The notes under the pieces are model-generated. The model did no database searches, was not told the origin of the DNA, and saw nothing but the letters and a program-made list of their open reading frames with translations. From NCBI GenBank assembly GCA_963666285.1, contig OY762711.1: DNA of 64,000 nucleotides. One strand, 5' to 3'. The position numbers and the translations under genes are program-made. Positions 61,250 to 64,000 of this stretch are shown piece after piece. Position 1 is the stretch's first letter, and each line of letters starts with the position of its first letter. This DNA comes from Sedimentisphaerales bacterium (GTDB taxonomy: Bacteria > Planctomycetota > Phycisphaerae > Sedimentisphaerales > SM23-30).

Positions 61250-62731
61250 ATGTATGTAGATACTGAGAGCAAAAAGGAAAAGATTCAGTTTATTATTCGC
61301 GGGATTATTATGGTTGCCGTTAGTGTTGCGGTAGCGGTTCTTACCCACATGGTAGGCCTTGACAATAGCCAGGTTATGTCCTGCGGCATATTCATTATGA
61401 TTATTATGGCCACTCTGATGTTCTGGCAGTTTCGGCTGGCGATTGCTTTTGTTGGTATAGGGCTGCTTATGGGAACCGGGGTGCTGGACCTGCCGACTTT
61501 TCTGGAAGAATGCAAGCTGGACGTCATTCTGTTTCTGGTTGGTATGATGGTTACGGTTGGTGTTCTTAAGGAGCTTGGCCTTTTTACCTGGATAATTCAG
61601 CTTGTTATTAATACATCAAAGATGACCGGACCCAGATTTGTTGCTATTATTGTTTTTCTGGGTGCACTTATGGGCTGTGCGGTTGATGAGGTTACCTCTA
61701 TTGTTTTTGTCGTAACATTAATTTTCCAGGTTTGTGATACATTGAAAGTGCGGCCTATACCCTTTGTTATTATTGCTGTTATGGGCACCAATGTCGGTTC
61801 CTGTGGTACAATGCTTGGCAACCCAGTTGGAATTCTTATCGGTCAGAGCGCAGTTCCACCGCTTAGCTTTATGGACTTCCTTAAATGGTCGTTTCCGATT
61901 ATGCTGCTGTCGCTGACAACAACACTTGCATTGCTTATCTGGTGGTTCAGGGCTGATATTCATCAGCTATCAGAGAGACTGGCTGCCAGGCGTGAAATGG
62001 GCCTTGGGCTTGGTCCTCTGGTGCAGGTTCCTTATAAACGCGGTCTGGCAGTTCTCATTGGTCTTATTGGTTTTATCGCGATGCATCATGTTATCGAGGA
62101 AAAACTGGGACTTGCCCAGAATACTGTTATGATTGTTGCGCCGCTTGTCGTTGCGGGTATTTTGATGATCTGGCGGCATGAACGCGCCCGCCATTATATT
62201 GAAGCTGATGTCGAGTGGTGGACTCTGCTGTTCTTTATGATGCTTTTTGCCGTTGCCGGCACTCTTAGCCACACCCATGTTACCGATGAAGTTGCTCAGG
62301 GTTTTCAGGGTGTATTTGGTGATAACCAGATGGTTCTTATCCCCATAGTTATGGGGATGTCCGCTATTGGCTCTGCATTTGTCGATAATATCGTTTTTGT
62401 AGCGGCTTTTATGCCGGTGGTTAATTCTCTCGAACATACTCCGTTGCTCTGGGCATTGCTCCATGGTGCTTGTCTTGGTGGTAATATTACCATGATCGGT
62501 TCTACCGCTAATATTGTCGCTCTTGGCATGCTCGAAAAACGCTACCGTACCCAGATCAAATTCTTTGAATGGCTCAAAATCGGTGTTGTTGTCGGGTTGG
62601 TTTCCTGTACTATTTCATGGATATGTATTACGGCACTCGCTCCCAAAATGCCGACCAGGCAGCAGCGTATGGAAACCACTTCTCATGCCGTACATGACCA
62701 GTCTGCAGAAACGGATAAGATTGCACACTAG
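61250..62731 (+). CDS. ArsB/NhaD (SLC13-like) family transporter
   Basis: VDEVT, TMLGNP, SAFVDNI, LGGNITMIGSTAN. Confidence 0.9.
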   Translation: MYVDTESKKEKIQFIIRGIIMVAVSVAVAVLTHMVGLDNSQVMSCGIFIMIIMATLMFWQFRLAIAFVGIGLLMGTGVLDLPTFLEECKLDVILFLVGMMVTVGVLKELGLFTWIIQLVINTSKMTGPRFVAIIVFLGALMGCAVDEVTSIVFVVTLIFQVCDTLKVRPIPFVIIAVMGTNVGSCGTMLGNPVGILIGQSAVPPLSFMDFLKWSFPIMLLSLTTTLALLIWWFRADIHQLSERLAARREMGLGLGPLVQVPYKRGLAVLIGLIGFIAMHHVIEEKLGLAQNTVMIVAPLVVAGILMIWRHERARHYIEADVEWWTLLFFMMLFAVAGTLSHTHVTDEVAQGFQGVFGDNQMVLIPIVMGMSAIGSAFVDNIVFVAAFMPVVNSLEHTPLLWALLHGACLGGNITMIGSTANIVALGMLEKRYRTQIKFFEWLKIGVVVGLVSCTISWICITALAPKMPTRQQRMETTSHAVHDQSAETDKIAH

Positions 62732-63023
62732 ATCATATCAGAGTATCTATCATTTTTCTGTTAATGATTTGGTATGTAAGTGTCTTTCTGCCAAATAATT
62801 ATGTCAGTATTTTTATTGCATGTCGCAAAAACAGTGGTAAAATGTAACCTGTCTGTTTTGTTTGTGTAAAATAATTTAGATAATGTTAGAGTGCTGAAAC
62901 AAGCTTATAAATATGTAAAATTGTGATGTTAATGGTTAAAAAGTAAAGACTTATATCCCTTGCTCCCAAGATAATATATGTGTGTAAGGGTGTTTATAAA
63001 CATTTAGTATAAGGGGATTTGTA

Positions 63024-63491
63024 ATGTTGGCTGAAATGTTTGAAAAATTTTTGAGCCCGGAAGTTGTCTGGTTTGTCATTGGTTTTATATTAATGATTGC
63101 TGAAATGATGGTTCCTGGTTTGGTGATATTGTTTTTCGGACTTGGTGCCGTTCTCACTGGTACATGCTGTTTGATTTTTGACCTTTCACTGAATACACAG
63201 TTGATTATTTTCCTGGTTTCTTCCGTTGTCAGCTTGATTCTGCTGCGAAGTATGGTCAAGAAGGTATTTACCGGCAAAGAAGCTATACAAGGTGTTGATA
63301 TCCCGGCAGGTGTTTCCGATTATCTTGGCAGTAAGTGTAAGGTAATTTCTAGGATTGATTCTCAACTTAATGGTAAAGTGTTACTTAACGGATCTGAATG
63401 GAAAGCAAAAAGTGAGTCTGTAATTGAAGAAGGTGCTATCGTGGAAATTATAGGCCAGGACAGCATTACTTTTATTGTTAAGGAAGTATAA
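63024..63491 (+). CDS. NfeD family protein
   Basis: TM N-terminus; GKVLLNGSEWKA OB-fold; adjacent to SPFH gene. Confidence 0.88.
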   Translation: MLAEMFEKFLSPEVVWFVIGFILMIAEMMVPGLVILFFGLGAVLTGTCCLIFDLSLNTQLIIFLVSSVVSLILLRSMVKKVFTGKEAIQGVDIPAGVSDYLGSKCKVISRIDSQLNGKVLLNGSEWKAKSESVIEEGAIVEIIGQDSITFIVKEV

Positions 63492-63577
63492 TTCAGGCTG
63501 GGAAAATGTACTTGTTTTAGGTATGCTGATATTTAATAAAAAACTCGAATATCATTTTATTGAAAGGGTGTGATTTT

Positions 63578-64000
63578 ATGTTTAATAATATTTTAGCCGC
63601 GTTTCCTGTTAATGGGCTTACTATTGTATTAACTGTTGTTGGTGTAGCCCTTATTATATTGGCTATTAAATGTGTAAAGGTTGTTCCTCAGCGTTCTGCG
63701 TTTATTGTTGAGAAATTAGGTAAATATAGTAAAACTTTGGAAGCTGGGCTGCATATATTAATTCCATTTATTGATAAGATAGCCTATCGCCATACTCTCA
63801 AAGAGCAGGCAGTAGATGTGCCTCCTCAGACCTGTATTACCAGGGATAATATCTCGGTTGAGGTTGATGGTATCCTCTATATGCAGGTAATTGATCCGAT
63901 GAAAGCTTCTTATGGTATTAATAACTACCGCTTTGCTTCAATTCAGCTGGCACAGACAACGATGCGTAGTATTATGGGTAAACTTGAGCTGGATAGAACT
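63578..64000 (+). CDS. SPFH/stomatin-like (QmcA-like) protein, partial
   Basis: Manual translation: VKVVPQRSAFIVEKLGKY..GLHILIPFID..CITRDNISVEVDG..AQTTMRS; open to window end. Confidence 0.92.
   Translation, partial: MFNNILAAFPVNGLTIVLTVVGVALIILAIKCVKVVPQRSAFIVEKLGKYSKTLEAGLHILIPFIDKIAYRHTLKEQAVDVPPQTCITRDNISVEVDGILYMQVIDPMKASYGINNYRFASIQLAQTTMRSIMGKLELDRT

Overview
Bacterial chromosomal window that looks planctomycete (probably Phycisphaerae/Sedimentisphaerales). This is inferred from the PEP-CTERM proteins, planctomycete-type dockerins, prepilin/H-X9-DG proteins and a TPR-alphaCTD protein. The left end carries a four-gene phage HEAD module (portal, scaffold, SU10/DUF5309-type major capsid, head-completion-like protein). 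It has intact ORFs but no terminase, tail, integrase or lysis genes, and it runs directly into housekeeping queG. It is a candidate domesticated capsid or GTA-like system. A ~170-nt rod-shaped RNA structure lies inside it, and its ~170-bp upstream element recurs gaplessly 41.2 kb away, ahead of a boxB/boxA-like leader. The 12-23 kb region holds a duplicated dockerin plus PEP-CTERM surface-protein cassette and a cadherin-repeat adhesin built from the same modules. Three complete IS elements are present (IS701-like, IS5, IS3), each with terminal IRs and target duplications. The rest is mostly housekeeping (alaS, rlmN, gatCAB, argBDF, purD, pcm, crcB), a YfiR/histidine kinase/GGDEF signalling locus and transporters. 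All calls come from reading sequence motifs; no database search was run.
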